This document shows positions 7,492 to 16,190 of a stretch of 64,000 nucleotides of DNA, in pieces. Under the pieces are notes generated by a model, which was not told the origin of the DNA, did not search any database, and saw nothing but the letters and a program-made list of their open reading frames with translations. Source of the stretch: a virus. The stretch lies in the IMG/VR virus record IMGVR_UViG_3300025949_000019, positions 1 through 64,000 of that record; one strand, 5' to 3'. The translations under genes were made by a program, and so were the position numbers. Each line of letters begins with the position of its first letter. Within the stretch, counting starts at the first letter, position 1.

Positions 7492-8694
7492 ATGGCTGAT
7501 TTTAAAGTTGAAGTAATGAAGATTGACGATGTTACCAAACATCCCGATGCTGACAGTCTTTGGATTGTCAGCATTCGTGGTTATCGGTGCATCACAAACC
7601 AACAAGTCTATAGCAAGGGCGACCTTGTTGGATACATTCCAGAGGGTGCTGTTCTGCCAGAGGAACTTCTGAAGGCAATGGGATTTTGGAAAGGCAACGC
7701 TGGTACTCTCGCTGGTCGCGGAGGTGATCGAGTAAAAGCAATCAGACTTCGTGGTGTTGTATCTCAAGGGATTTTGTACCGAATCGATCAGGATTCGCAA
7801 CGGACCAAAGGACCTCATGGAAATACAAAATTCGTAAATGAGGGCGATGATGTTGCTGATTTTCTTGGCATCACCAAATACGAAGCGCCGGTCCCCGTTC
7901 ACATGGCTGGTGAGATGTGCAATATCGGACAAGACTTGACACTGAAATACGATATCGAAAACATCCAAAAGTTCCCGCATGTTTTCCTTGATGGTGAGGA
8001 AGTTAGCATCACAGAGAAACTTCACGGAACGTTCTGTGGTATTGGATTTCATACTAGCTTGAATAATCCAGAACTTATGAAAGCGAAATATTCAGCCTTT
8101 TCAAAAGGACAAGGTCAATACTTTGCCTTTTCAAAAGGACTTGGGGCCCAAGGACTTGTGTTCAAGGACAATGATGCAAACGCTCACAATATCTACCAAA
8201 ATGTTCTTGTTGACAATCTGCACAAGCTTGAAGACGGTATCCAAAAAATTAAAAAGGGCATGGGAGATGTTTTTGATCCTGCTGTCGAATGGGGATTCAT
8301 CATCTGTGGTGAGATTTTTGGAAAAGGTGTCCAAGACTTGCACTACGGGATGGAAAAACCTACGTTCCGTGTCTTCGATGCATACTTCCATGGGCGTAAT
8401 AGTGCTACTGGAAAAGAACAAAAAAGTTTTCTGCCATTCGATGGTTTGGTAGACATGTGTGAGGACCTTGGATTTGAAGTCGTGCCGGAATTGTATCGTG
8501 GGCCCTTCAGCATGAAGAAAGTCGAAGAACTGCGAGATGGAAAGACAATCCTGAATGGAACAAACGTCCGCGAGGGTGTTGTTATCAAGAGCATGGATGA
8601 AGATTCAGGTGATCTTATGATCGGGAGAAGAATTCTGAAGGCTGTTTCTCCCGACTATATACTTAGGAAAGGTAACGTTACGGAGTATAACTAA
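7492..8694 (+). CDS. RNA ligase, DRB0094/Rnl2-like family
   Basis: N-terminal HPDADSL OB-like module; nucleotidyltransferase motifs TEKLHGT, GEIFG, FRVFD, REGVVIK, LKAVS. Confidence 0.9.
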   Translation: MADFKVEVMKIDDVTKHPDADSLWIVSIRGYRCITNQQVYSKGDLVGYIPEGAVLPEELLKAMGFWKGNAGTLAGRGGDRVKAIRLRGVVSQGILYRIDQDSQRTKGPHGNTKFVNEGDDVADFLGITKYEAPVPVHMAGEMCNIGQDLTLKYDIENIQKFPHVFLDGEEVSITEKLHGTFCGIGFHTSLNNPELMKAKYSAFSKGQGQYFAFSKGLGAQGLVFKDNDANAHNIYQNVLVDNLHKLEDGIQKIKKGMGDVFDPAVEWGFIICGEIFGKGVQDLHYGMEKPTFRVFDAYFHGRNSATGKEQKSFLPFDGLVDMCEDLGFEVVPELYRGPFSMKKVEELRDGKTILNGTNVREGVVIKSMDEDSGDLMIGRRILKAVSPDYILRKGNVTEYN

Positions 8695-8696
8695 TT

Positions 8697-9152
8697 ATGT
8701 CAGGAACTTATGTTGCAGTTAGAGTACACCCCGAATCAGAAAAACTGATTCGGGCTTTTTTGGATCAGCACAATATACCAGTCGCATTTCCAAAAGAAGA
8801 ACAACGAAGACATGCTACAATCATGTATTCGCGCGACGATTTCTATGATGATTTCGTTCCAGAACCACAGAAGGTTCATTTTGCGGTGCCTAAACAGTTT
8901 GCATTCTTCCCAACGAAGGAAGGGCACCCTTGTCTTGTTTTGTTGTTAAACTGTCAGACACTATCTGATAGACATGAACAAATCAAACAAATGCACGGAT
9001 GTACCTATTCATATCCAGAATTCAAACCGCATATTTCTTTCACCTATGATGTTGGTGATACGAAGCTAGAGAACATTCCTCCATTCTATGCTCCGATTAT
9101 TTTAAGTGAGGAATACAAAGAAGCATTGAATGAGGATTGGGCTAAAAAATGA
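8697..9152 (+). CDS. acb1: 2H phosphodiesterase, T4 gp57B/Acb1 (anti-CBASS) homologue
   Basis: GTYVAV, HATIMYSR, LVLLL, PHISFTY, EEYKEAL.EDW are collinear with T4 57B (GLYVAA, HSTICYSR, LVLVL, PHITLSY, REYKEPLKLDW). Confidence 0.88.
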   Translation: MSGTYVAVRVHPESEKLIRAFLDQHNIPVAFPKEEQRRHATIMYSRDDFYDDFVPEPQKVHFAVPKQFAFFPTKEGHPCLVLLLNCQTLSDRHEQIKQMHGCTYSYPEFKPHISFTYDVGDTKLENIPPFYAPIILSEEYKEALNEDWAKK

Positions 9153-9289
9153 GTGCAGAGGCTTTAGCTGGTTTGTTCATATGGATCATAATGATTGTCG
9201 GTGCGGTTTGCCTTGGAATTTGGCAGAATTCGTTTTGCTTCGGTGTTGGCTCTCTAGTTTTTTTCTTTCTATTAGCTACTAGGAGATAG
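9149..9289 (+). CDS. small membrane protein (not in ORF track)
   Basis: MSAEALAGLFIWIIMIVG...FFFLLATRR, two hydrophobic segments, ATGA overlap with acb1. Confidence 0.55.
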   Translation: MSAEALAGLFIWIIMIVGAVCLGIWQNSFCFGVGSLVFFFLLATRR

Positions 9290-9290
9290 T

Positions 9291-9500
9291 GTGCATATGT
9301 TTGTCGCAAATTGGAGACCTATTCATACTGCACCCATGAACAAGAATGTTCTTGTGACTGATGGGCACGATGTTGAAATCGCAAGAAAGTACAATCACCA
9401 AGATCATTTGGAATGGAGTTGTAGTCTAGACCCGGACAGCGGCATGAGTTATCCGACTGGTTGGATGGAGCTACCTGATCCGAAGAAAGGATACTTATAA
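9291..9500 (+). CDS. DUF551-like phage protein
   Basis: WRPIHTAP...VLV...PTGWMELPDP pattern. Confidence 0.7.
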   Translation: MHMFVANWRPIHTAPMNKNVLVTDGHDVEIARKYNHQDHLEWSCSLDPDSGMSYPTGWMELPDPKKGYL

Positions 9501-9501
9501 C

Positions 9502-9660
9502 ATGCACGTTACCATTCCAGATCGCCCGGGAACCGAATACAACAAATTTATAAATGAAGCAATATCAATCCTAGAACTAGCCAAGGGAGACAAAATTACC
9601 CAAACTGGTAAACTTAGATTGATCAAAGCCGCAATCTCGGCTCTCGAAGAAGCTAAATAA
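9502..9660 (+). CDS. hypothetical 52-aa protein (not in ORF track)
   Basis: MHVTIPDRPG...LEEAK with SD AAGGA. Confidence 0.55.
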   Translation: MHVTIPDRPGTEYNKFINEAISILELAKGDKITQTGKLRLIKAAISALEEAK

Positions 9661-9683
9661 TCCATATACCTCTTGGAGAATTT

Positions 9684-10772
9684 ATGGAAGACAGAAAAAA
9701 CATTAAAGTCTTATTTGTTCTAAAATACAGAGAAGTCCCAACCGAAGACGAGCCACATCGTTACGGTGGGCTTTCGTCGGGTCTGTTAAACTCAGCTACG
9801 TTTGTGGTAAACATGCTGAAGAACAATGGGATTGAAACTAAAGTCGTTCAATGTCTAGACAATAACTATATTGATGCTGAGGTTACCGCATTCAAACCAA
9901 CCCACGTCATCATTGAAGCCCTTTGGGTTGTGCCAGAAAAATTTGCAATTCTAACCAAACTGCACCCGACAGTAAAATGGATCATCAGACTTCATTCTGA
10001 CACCCCATTTGCTGCTGGTGAAGGCATCTTCGTAGAATGGGTTTCTAAGTATCTGGATTATGGTAAGAACATGCACATCAATTGTAATTCGGATGAGATG
10101 TACGAATCTATCAAGGTTATTCTGGAAGAAAAGTACCGTGGATTTTCGGGCGTTGATCTAAAGAAACAGTTGTCTCTGTTGAAGAACTACTACCCAGTCC
10201 ATAATGTCTATCCAAATAGCAAGATTGACTATGATAAGTTGCACATCAATATTTCATGTTTCGGTGCAATTCGCCCGCTGAAAAACCAACTCCTACAAGC
10301 AATAGCAGCAATCAAATTTGCTAACGAAACTGGTAAGACACTTCATTTTCACATCAACGTAGGTCGTGAGGAAATGAATGGCAATCCAGTCTTGAAGAAC
10401 ATTTTGAGCCTGTTTGCAGAACAACCAAAACATAAGCTTGTTCTTCACCAGTGGAAGGATCACCATACATTCATGAAGACAGTTGCAACAATGGATATTG
10501 GAATGCAAGTTTCATATACGGAGACATTCAACATTGTTTCTGCGGACCATGTCGTTGCTAATGTTCCTGTTCTAGTCTCTCCAGAAATTGAATGGGTTGC
10601 ACCATTCTTTAAAGCTGATCCAAATGACATTGATTCAATTACTGAAGGGCTTCACAGAACATGGAATTATGCAGCCCTCGGAATTCACAATCTAAACAAG
10701 CGCAGGCTGGCTACATACTCAAAACGTTCCGAGAAGGCTTGGTTGAAATTCATGCTTGACACGGACGCTTGA
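9684..10772 (+). CDS. GT-B fold glycosyltransferase (GT4-like)
   Basis: FGAIRPLKNQ and SYTETFNIVSAD match the GT4 GR..K and E-x7-E/D motifs; preceded by late-promoter-like CTAAATA. Confidence 0.7.
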   Translation: MEDRKNIKVLFVLKYREVPTEDEPHRYGGLSSGLLNSATFVVNMLKNNGIETKVVQCLDNNYIDAEVTAFKPTHVIIEALWVVPEKFAILTKLHPTVKWIIRLHSDTPFAAGEGIFVEWVSKYLDYGKNMHINCNSDEMYESIKVILEEKYRGFSGVDLKKQLSLLKNYYPVHNVYPNSKIDYDKLHINISCFGAIRPLKNQLLQAIAAIKFANETGKTLHFHINVGREEMNGNPVLKNILSLFAEQPKHKLVLHQWKDHHTFMKTVATMDIGMQVSYTETFNIVSADHVVANVPVLVSPEIEWVAPFFKADPNDIDSITEGLHRTWNYAALGIHNLNKRRLATYSKRSEKAWLKFMLDTDA

Positions 10773-10797
10773 CAAGTTTGCCATTCTGTGTTATCAT
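10769..10797 (+). promoter_or_regulatory. sigma70 promoter
   Basis: TTGACA-17-TATCAT with extended -10 TG. Confidence 0.75.
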
Positions 10798-10803
10798 AGC
10801 AGA

Positions 10804-11337
10804 ATGGACGTTTTATCTCATCTAAAATCCCGCGGCTTTGATCCCTCTCGGTATGGAAACGTGCCAATGACGGACGAGGTCGCGGTTTTCTATCTCTGGA
10901 ATCTCTCGGGGCAGATGGTCGGCTATCAACAGTATCGCCCGCTAGGAGACAAGGAACAATGCAATGATCCGGAAGTTGGTAAATACTACACATATGCGAA
11001 GGATAGCATCGCGGTGTTTGGTCTGGAAACATACTTCTACAGAAATGACATTTTGTTTCTGACAGAGGGTGTCTTCGATGCTGTCAAGCTTCATGCACTA
11101 GGACTTCCTGCATTTGCGGTACTTTCAAACAATCCGAAGAAAATCCAATCATGGCTCTATGCACTACCTAGATACATCGTTGCTGTTTGTGATAACGATG
11201 CAGCAGGAAAGAAGCTAGCAAAATGCGGAAACATGTCAATCACCTGCGATGGTGGCAAGGACCTAGGGTCCCTTAGCCTAGAGGAAGCTAAGTCCTTGAT
11301 TCTCCGGGCTAATATAAAGGGGTTGACAATAGAATAA
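10804..11337 (+). CDS. stand-alone TOPRIM (DnaG primase core-like) protein
   Basis: FLTEGVFDA and VCDNDAAG...KD motifs; no zinc-binding domain; ATG 10804 is downstream of the promoter. Confidence 0.8.
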   Translation: MDVLSHLKSRGFDPSRYGNVPMTDEVAVFYLWNLSGQMVGYQQYRPLGDKEQCNDPEVGKYYTYAKDSIAVFGLETYFYRNDILFLTEGVFDAVKLHALGLPAFAVLSNNPKKIQSWLYALPRYIVAVCDNDAAGKKLAKCGNMSITCDGGKDLGSLSLEEAKSLILRANIKGLTIE

Positions 11338-11351
11338 ATTTCAAGTATAAT
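11289..11351 (+). promoter_or_regulatory. IHF-like site (reverse orientation) plus sigma70 early promoter
   Basis: TAAGTCCTTGATT (= AATCAAGGACTTA on minus); TTGACA(11323)-17-TATAAT(11346). Confidence 0.88.
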
Positions 11352-11381
11352 GAACGCTTAAATACATTGGAGTTTACCTAT

Positions 11382-11711
11382 ATGACTTCTGATCAAGTGA
11401 AAGCAATCGAGAAATTCCAAGTCGCTCTCCAGAAGAAAGTCACAGCCGCCGAAAAAAAGTGTTTTAGCAGCACCAAAATTTATGAGATGTACAAGACGGA
11501 AATTTCACTCGAATACGGGCGGAAGTATTGCAAAGTCGTGAAGAAGTCCGGCGTTTCCAATTCTGTTCATTGCTTCATCGAAATCGCGACGGGTGACATT
11601 TACAAAGCCGCAACGTATCTCGCTCCTGCGAAGCACGTTCGCGGAAACATCAACACTCCTGATTGTGGTATGTCCGCTGTGACTGAATACGGCGCTAACT
11701 ATATTCGCTAG
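11382..11711 (+). CDS. conserved phage early protein
   Basis: GRKYCKV...SVHCFI...GDIYKAA...PAKHVRGNI motif common in T4-like phages; SD GGAG. Confidence 0.75.
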   Translation: MTSDQVKAIEKFQVALQKKVTAAEKKCFSSTKIYEMYKTEISLEYGRKYCKVVKKSGVSNSVHCFIEIATGDIYKAATYLAPAKHVRGNINTPDCGMSAVTEYGANYIR

Positions 11712-11725
11712 TAGGATATTACATC

Positions 11726-12352
11726 ATGACTTTTAAGATCAAAACTGTTAAACTGAAAAAGGACAGTGGAAGTCCTTATTTTAGGCTTGATTACGTTAAC
11801 GCAATCCCGAAAGAATTTCTTACGAAAAGAACGACTCTAACAGAATTGGGTTCTGGTGCTTTCGGCACTGTTTATGACAGCAAGACTCCTGGCCGGGTAG
11901 TCAAGATTTGTGATTTCGATTCGGCTTATGCTTGCTATGTCAAGGAACTTTCCAAGCTTAATAAGAAAAAGAAAAATCCTCATTTTCCGACCATCTTTAA
12001 TGTGACTGTTTTTGAATTCAAGGATGATCGTTCTGCATTGGTAGTTGAAATGGAACGTCTAAATCCGATGAAACCAGCTAAGTATGATTACGGCTGGAAC
12101 TATTCGAGCATGACGCCGCTGAATGAATCAGCCGAGATTGTTGCATCATTTGATTGGAGCAATCGCCGTTTCAAACGTTCGAATTGGTTCTTGACGGGCA
12201 ACAAGGAATTGCTTGAAGCGCGAGAGTTTCTGGCTAAGACGTACAAAAAATACAATAGACCTTCTGAAATGGGTGTTGGTAATGATATGGGATGTTCGAA
12301 CATCATGCTTAGGGATGATGGCACTCCTGTCGTGACCGATCCTTTCTCCTGA
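11726..12352 (+). CDS. protein kinase, T7 gp0.7 kinase domain-like
   Basis: Gly loop LGSGAFGTVY, RVVKI, and DMGCSNIM...PVVTDPFS versus T7 gp0.7 DMHSGNIM...PYITDPVS. Confidence 0.8.
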   Translation: MTFKIKTVKLKKDSGSPYFRLDYVNAIPKEFLTKRTTLTELGSGAFGTVYDSKTPGRVVKICDFDSAYACYVKELSKLNKKKKNPHFPTIFNVTVFEFKDDRSALVVEMERLNPMKPAKYDYGWNYSSMTPLNESAEIVASFDWSNRRFKRSNWFLTGNKELLEAREFLAKTYKKYNRPSEMGVGNDMGCSNIMLRDDGTPVVTDPFS

Positions 12353-12362
12353 GATTTTAAAA

Positions 12363-13181
12363 ATGAAATTTGATCTACTTAGCGATTTACACATTGACAT
12401 TAATAGGGAATTTTTTCTTCCAGACAAGAATGAAGGATCGGATATCCTGGTCGTGGCTGGTGATCTGGCTGAATATAGATCGCTCCTAAATCTGCACTAT
12501 AAACCGTTTCATGAAATGATGAAACAATACAATGATGTGGTTTATGTTGCGGGCAATCATGAATTCTATGGAGCGAACTATCAAGCTGTTCTGAACCGAT
12601 TCAGGGATGACCTTGGTATTATGTACGAAGGTCATATTCATTTTCTGCATGGAGATACTTGGGAAGTACCGGATAGCGATGTTGCATTCGTTGGTGGTAC
12701 GTTGTTTACTGATATGAATGGTGGTGATGAACTGGCTATGAAGGTCGTCAGACAATGTATGGCTGATTTCACCTATATCACGTATAATGACAACAATCCA
12801 TTGGCGCTCGGAGATAGGTATCAAGCTAGAATTTGTCGCCCAGAAGACTATGTTCACGAACACAAACATATGCTTTTGAAGTTCGAGAATGAATGTGATC
12901 GCCTTGCGGATAAAAAGGTTGTTCTTGTCACGCATCATGCGATGAGCGAGAAAAGCGTTACCTATCGCTACTCGAATGATCATTTGATGAATGCTGGATA
13001 TAGGAGCCATCTCGAATGGTTCTTTGAGAAACACAAGAACGTTCATGTTCACTGTCATGGACATATGCATGAAATGATTCGTTACGAGATTGCCAACGCA
13101 CGAATTTATTGCAATCCGTGTGGTTATACTAAGTATGGTGAGACTAGGGTTAATTACGGACCGCTTCAAATAGAGGTTTGA
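12363..13181 (+). CDS. calcineurin-like metallophosphoesterase
   Basis: DLH, GDL, GNHE, THH, HGHMH. Confidence 0.92.
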   Translation: MKFDLLSDLHIDINREFFLPDKNEGSDILVVAGDLAEYRSLLNLHYKPFHEMMKQYNDVVYVAGNHEFYGANYQAVLNRFRDDLGIMYEGHIHFLHGDTWEVPDSDVAFVGGTLFTDMNGGDELAMKVVRQCMADFTYITYNDNNPLALGDRYQARICRPEDYVHEHKHMLLKFENECDRLADKKVVLVTHHAMSEKSVTYRYSNDHLMNAGYRSHLEWFFEKHKNVHVHCHGHMHEMIRYEIANARIYCNPCGYTKYGETRVNYGPLQIEV

Positions 13182-13182
13182 T

Positions 13183-13497
13183 ATGTTAAACGATGATGTT
13201 AAATTGATTGTGTATCCAGATACATTCAAACAGTATGAATCTTCAAATTTACACGTAATTGTGGTTCGCGTAAGGCTCGATCCATATAACAATGCCATAC
13301 AAAACGGCGCTTGTAATTTATATCTTCAAAGCATTAACAATATTCTAGGAAAATTGTATGCAGAAGGTTATTTACCTGAAATGTTTTTGTATGGCGGACT
13401 GCCGGAGTGGCGAACAGCGAAGCATGAGGACGTGAATTATATCTACGCGGGCCGCTACGCGGGATTCACACACAAACAACTAATGCTCTTGGAATAA
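13183..13497 (+). CDS. hypothetical protein (paralogue A)
   Basis: Shares DD...YP.TF, L.KLY.EG, LPEW, GFT.KQLM with the next ORF. Confidence 0.75.
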   Translation: MLNDDVKLIVYPDTFKQYESSNLHVIVVRVRLDPYNNAIQNGACNLYLQSINNILGKLYAEGYLPEMFLYGGLPEWRTAKHEDVNYIYAGRYAGFTHKQLMLLE

Positions 13498-13507
13498 AAT
13501 TAATACA

Positions 13508-13843
13508 ATGAATGGCGATGATATTAGGGTTATTGCATATCCAAGTACATTTCGCGATAACTATGATGCTGGTGATTATGTAATAGAAGTTAGAATACAA
13601 CTTCGTCATTTTAGAAATTGCGACGCGCGGGAGTATATAAACCACATAGATAATGGCCTAGAGAAGTTGTACAAAGAAGGCCACATACCTGTGTTATGTA
13701 AATACGTTAGACTTCCAGAGTGGTATGGCAAAAGCACCGAAGATAAGAATTTCATTTATGAAATTATTTTAAACTCAGGTATAAGCCACGGAATTACGGG
13801 GTTTACTGAAAAACAATTGATGTGTTTGAGAAAAAGGATATAA
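13508..13843 (+). CDS. hypothetical protein (paralogue B)
   Basis: Tandem paralogue of 13183-13497. Confidence 0.75.
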   Translation: MNGDDIRVIAYPSTFRDNYDAGDYVIEVRIQLRHFRNCDAREYINHIDNGLEKLYKEGHIPVLCKYVRLPEWYGKSTEDKNFIYEIILNSGISHGITGFTEKQLMCLRKRI

Positions 13844-13849
13844 GAGAAA

Positions 13850-14569
13850 ATGAACGTGATATTTTTAGATATTGATGGAGTCCTGAATTCGTTCAGGAAC
13901 ATTTTGGCTTTTGGTCGTTTTCCGTTTCCCGAAGTAACAGAGGATGTGCCAGGACATGGCATGGGACCGGAATCTGAATTGGATGCGCTCGCAATCGGAA
14001 TGATCAGGAAACTCTGTGATCTGACCGGGGCGAAGATCGTTCTGCATTCTATGTGGCGCAAACATATGGATGTACAGAAGTTTGGTGAACGACATAAGCT
14101 TCCTGTCATTGATGCCACCGCAAGAAACCTACCTAAGCATCTTGGAATCTTCGACTGGCTTAGACAACATAAGGAAGTTGGTATATTTGCGATCATCGAT
14201 GATGATCCGATTTTGAGTGTTCAATTCCATCCGGCTGATGACGAACAGGCTGCACTGTGGCTCCAGATGCACGATTCGTTCATTCAGACAAACATGGAGC
14301 ATGGATTTACGTTCTTGAATTTCGTGAATACGTTCCTTGTTTTTTCTGATATTGATATTGACGAGATTCGTGAAAAGAACAAGCGCCTAAAGGAACTGAG
14401 AAAATTTGATCTGCAACATGCAGCAGGAACCTTGATTGGTGGGATTGATGAAAGGACGAAGGAAGAACGAGACAGCAATACAAGGGAAATGAACATGTTG
14501 ACGGAGGAATTGAGCGATATCGGCGTCTGGTCCGTCTTGATCATGCTAGATAGTATGGAAAATCAATAA
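13850..14569 (+). CDS. HAD phosphatase, Swiss-Army-Knife RNA-repair type
   Basis: FLDIDGVLN, IVLHSMWR, IIDDD. Confidence 0.8.
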   Translation: MNVIFLDIDGVLNSFRNILAFGRFPFPEVTEDVPGHGMGPESELDALAIGMIRKLCDLTGAKIVLHSMWRKHMDVQKFGERHKLPVIDATARNLPKHLGIFDWLRQHKEVGIFAIIDDDPILSVQFHPADDEQAALWLQMHDSFIQTNMEHGFTFLNFVNTFLVFSDIDIDEIREKNKRLKELRKFDLQHAAGTLIGGIDERTKEERDSNTREMNMLTEELSDIGVWSVLIMLDSMENQ

Positions 14570-14608
14570 CTTAGCTGTATTGACATTAACTGCCGATTAG
14601 CGTATAAT
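14561..14608 (+). promoter_or_regulatory. IHF site plus sigma70 early promoter
   Basis: AATCAATAACTTA (14561-14573); TTGACA(14580)-17-TATAAT(14603). Confidence 0.88.
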
Positions 14609-14617
14609 TACTTATAT

Positions 14618-14998
14618 ATGAGCAATGGGAAAATTTATTTCGAACAAACGCATATCCATTCTCTCTTGCGCCCAAAGGATATAAATTCACCATCGTCTTG
14701 GTCTTTTGGAGGCTCAATTCCTTTTTCGTTGTCTCCTGAAAAAGACATTGAATGGTCAACCGCAAAATCTGACGAAGAAAGATACAACATTCAAGATGAC
14801 ATTGCGAAATTAATTCAAGCTGTGGTAAAAGAATGGGCGCAGACAAAATTTAATCCGCAACATATTTATTTGTTCGAAACAAAATGGTTTCCATCAAAAT
14901 TAGCTGGTATTGCTGTCATGTACTTTGAGCCAACTCTTGAAATAAAAACTTGGATACAAAATAAATCAACTTCAGAAACAGCTATCACCTATGCATAA
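14618..14998 (+). CDS. hypothetical protein
   Basis: ORF almost directly at the predicted transcription start, no SD. Confidence 0.6.
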   Translation: MSNGKIYFEQTHIHSLLRPKDINSPSSWSFGGSIPFSLSPEKDIEWSTAKSDEERYNIQDDIAKLIQAVVKEWAQTKFNPQHIYLFETKWFPSKLAGIAVMYFEPTLEIKTWIQNKSTSETAITYA

Positions 14999-15007
14999 GG
15001 GACAGAA

Positions 15008-15211
15008 ATGAAACTGACTAAACAGGGAATCATCACCGAAGTTCGCACTGACGGTCTCGCTTGTGTTCGTTTTGGAACTGGACTTTGTGACGTTGAATGG
15101 GTTCGCTCGCGTGGTCATAAAGTCGGAGAGAAAGTGATTCTGATGTATGTACGTTCTGTTTCATTTGCAACGTGGGAAATTGCAGGAACACCTGAAAGGA
15201 AAGCAGCATGA
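15008..15211 (+). CDS. hypothetical protein
   Basis: Small ORF with SD. Confidence 0.6.
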   Translation: MKLTKQGIITEVRTDGLACVRFGTGLCDVEWVRSRGHKVGEKVILMYVRSVSFATWEIAGTPERKAA

Positions 15212-15690
15212 GTGAACGCGATGAATTGAAGTATCATGACCTATATCTTGATCTTGATGGAGTCATGGTTGACTTCGACAAACACAAATATCGGATCAAG
15301 AATCATTTCGACTCCGATGCCGAAATGTGGGCAGAAATCAACAAAGTTCCTCATTGGTTCCTGAACCTCGATCCGATGCCAGATGCATTCGTTCTTTGGA
15401 ATTTTCTGAAACAATACAAAGTAACGATCCTAACTGCGATCCCGAGAACCGCACAGAAAGAACACGCTGCGGACGACAAACGCGAATGGGTCCACAGGTA
15501 TCTTGGGGAAGATGTTCCTGTCATTACTTGTTATGGAATCGAGAAACAGGAATACGCTGTTCGTGGTTATCGATCAGTTTTGATCGATGATACTGGTAGA
15601 AATGTTGGTCAATGGGTGCGGAGAGGTGGAACTGGAATCCTTCACCGCGATGCAGAAAATACAATTGCTTTTTTAAAGGAACTTCAATGA
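15208..15690 (+). CDS. 5'(3')-deoxyribonucleotidase (NT5C-type HAD)
   Basis: LDLDGVMVDF, ILTA, K..W, LIDD...N...W...GG.GILH. Confidence 0.85.
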   Translation: MSERDELKYHDLYLDLDGVMVDFDKHKYRIKNHFDSDAEMWAEINKVPHWFLNLDPMPDAFVLWNFLKQYKVTILTAIPRTAQKEHAADDKREWVHRYLGEDVPVITCYGIEKQEYAVRGYRSVLIDDTGRNVGQWVRRGGTGILHRDAENTIAFLKELQ

Positions 15691-15848
15691 TTGAATTGTT
15701 ATGTGTTTTTATGCTTTTCGTGGGCATGGCGTTAGACTTTTTGGTTGGCTACGCTCCAGCCAAGGACATGGCTGCTAATGTGGTTGTTTGGACCATCGGT
15801 GCTATTTGCATTTACATGGGTCTCTATGGACTTATCGTGGGGTTCTAA
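15687..15848 (+). CDS. small membrane protein
   Basis: Two hydrophobic segments; ATG 15687 coupled. Confidence 0.6.
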   Translation: MIELLCVFMLFVGMALDFLVGYAPAKDMAANVVVWTIGAICIYMGLYGLIVGF

Positions 15849-15851
15849 ATT

Positions 15852-16190
15852 ATGATCAGCATTTGGGTTATTTTAATCATCTTTTGGGTGCATTTTGTCG
15901 CTGACTTTATGCTCCAATCTGATGCAATCGCTCTCGCAAAGAGTTCTGATAATCAAATCTTGACATGGCATGTGTTTCTTTACATCATTCCATTTCTTTT
16001 GATCTTCGGACCAATCTTCGCATTGCTGAATTTTATGCTTCATTGGATCACTGACTATTTCTCGTCCAGAGCCACCGCGAAGCTATATAAAGCAGGGAAA
16101 CGGCATTGGTTTTTTGTTGTGATTGGTCTGGACCAAGCACTTCATTACACCGCTCTGTTTACGACATATTACCTACTTTCTGGAATCTAA
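15852..16190 (+). CDS. DUF3307-family membrane protein
   Basis: HFVADFMLQ, H..., HWITDY, GLDQALH. Confidence 0.8.
   Translation: MISIWVILIIFWVHFVADFMLQSDAIALAKSSDNQILTWHVFLYIIPFLLIFGPIFALLNFMLHWITDYFSSRATAKLYKAGKRHWFFVVIGLDQALHYTALFTTYYLLSGI

Noticed and set aside
12486-13298. 270-aa minus-strand ORF and the many other antisense ORFs in the track
   Set aside because: Shadows of well-supported genes on the opposite strand, with no motifs or SD.
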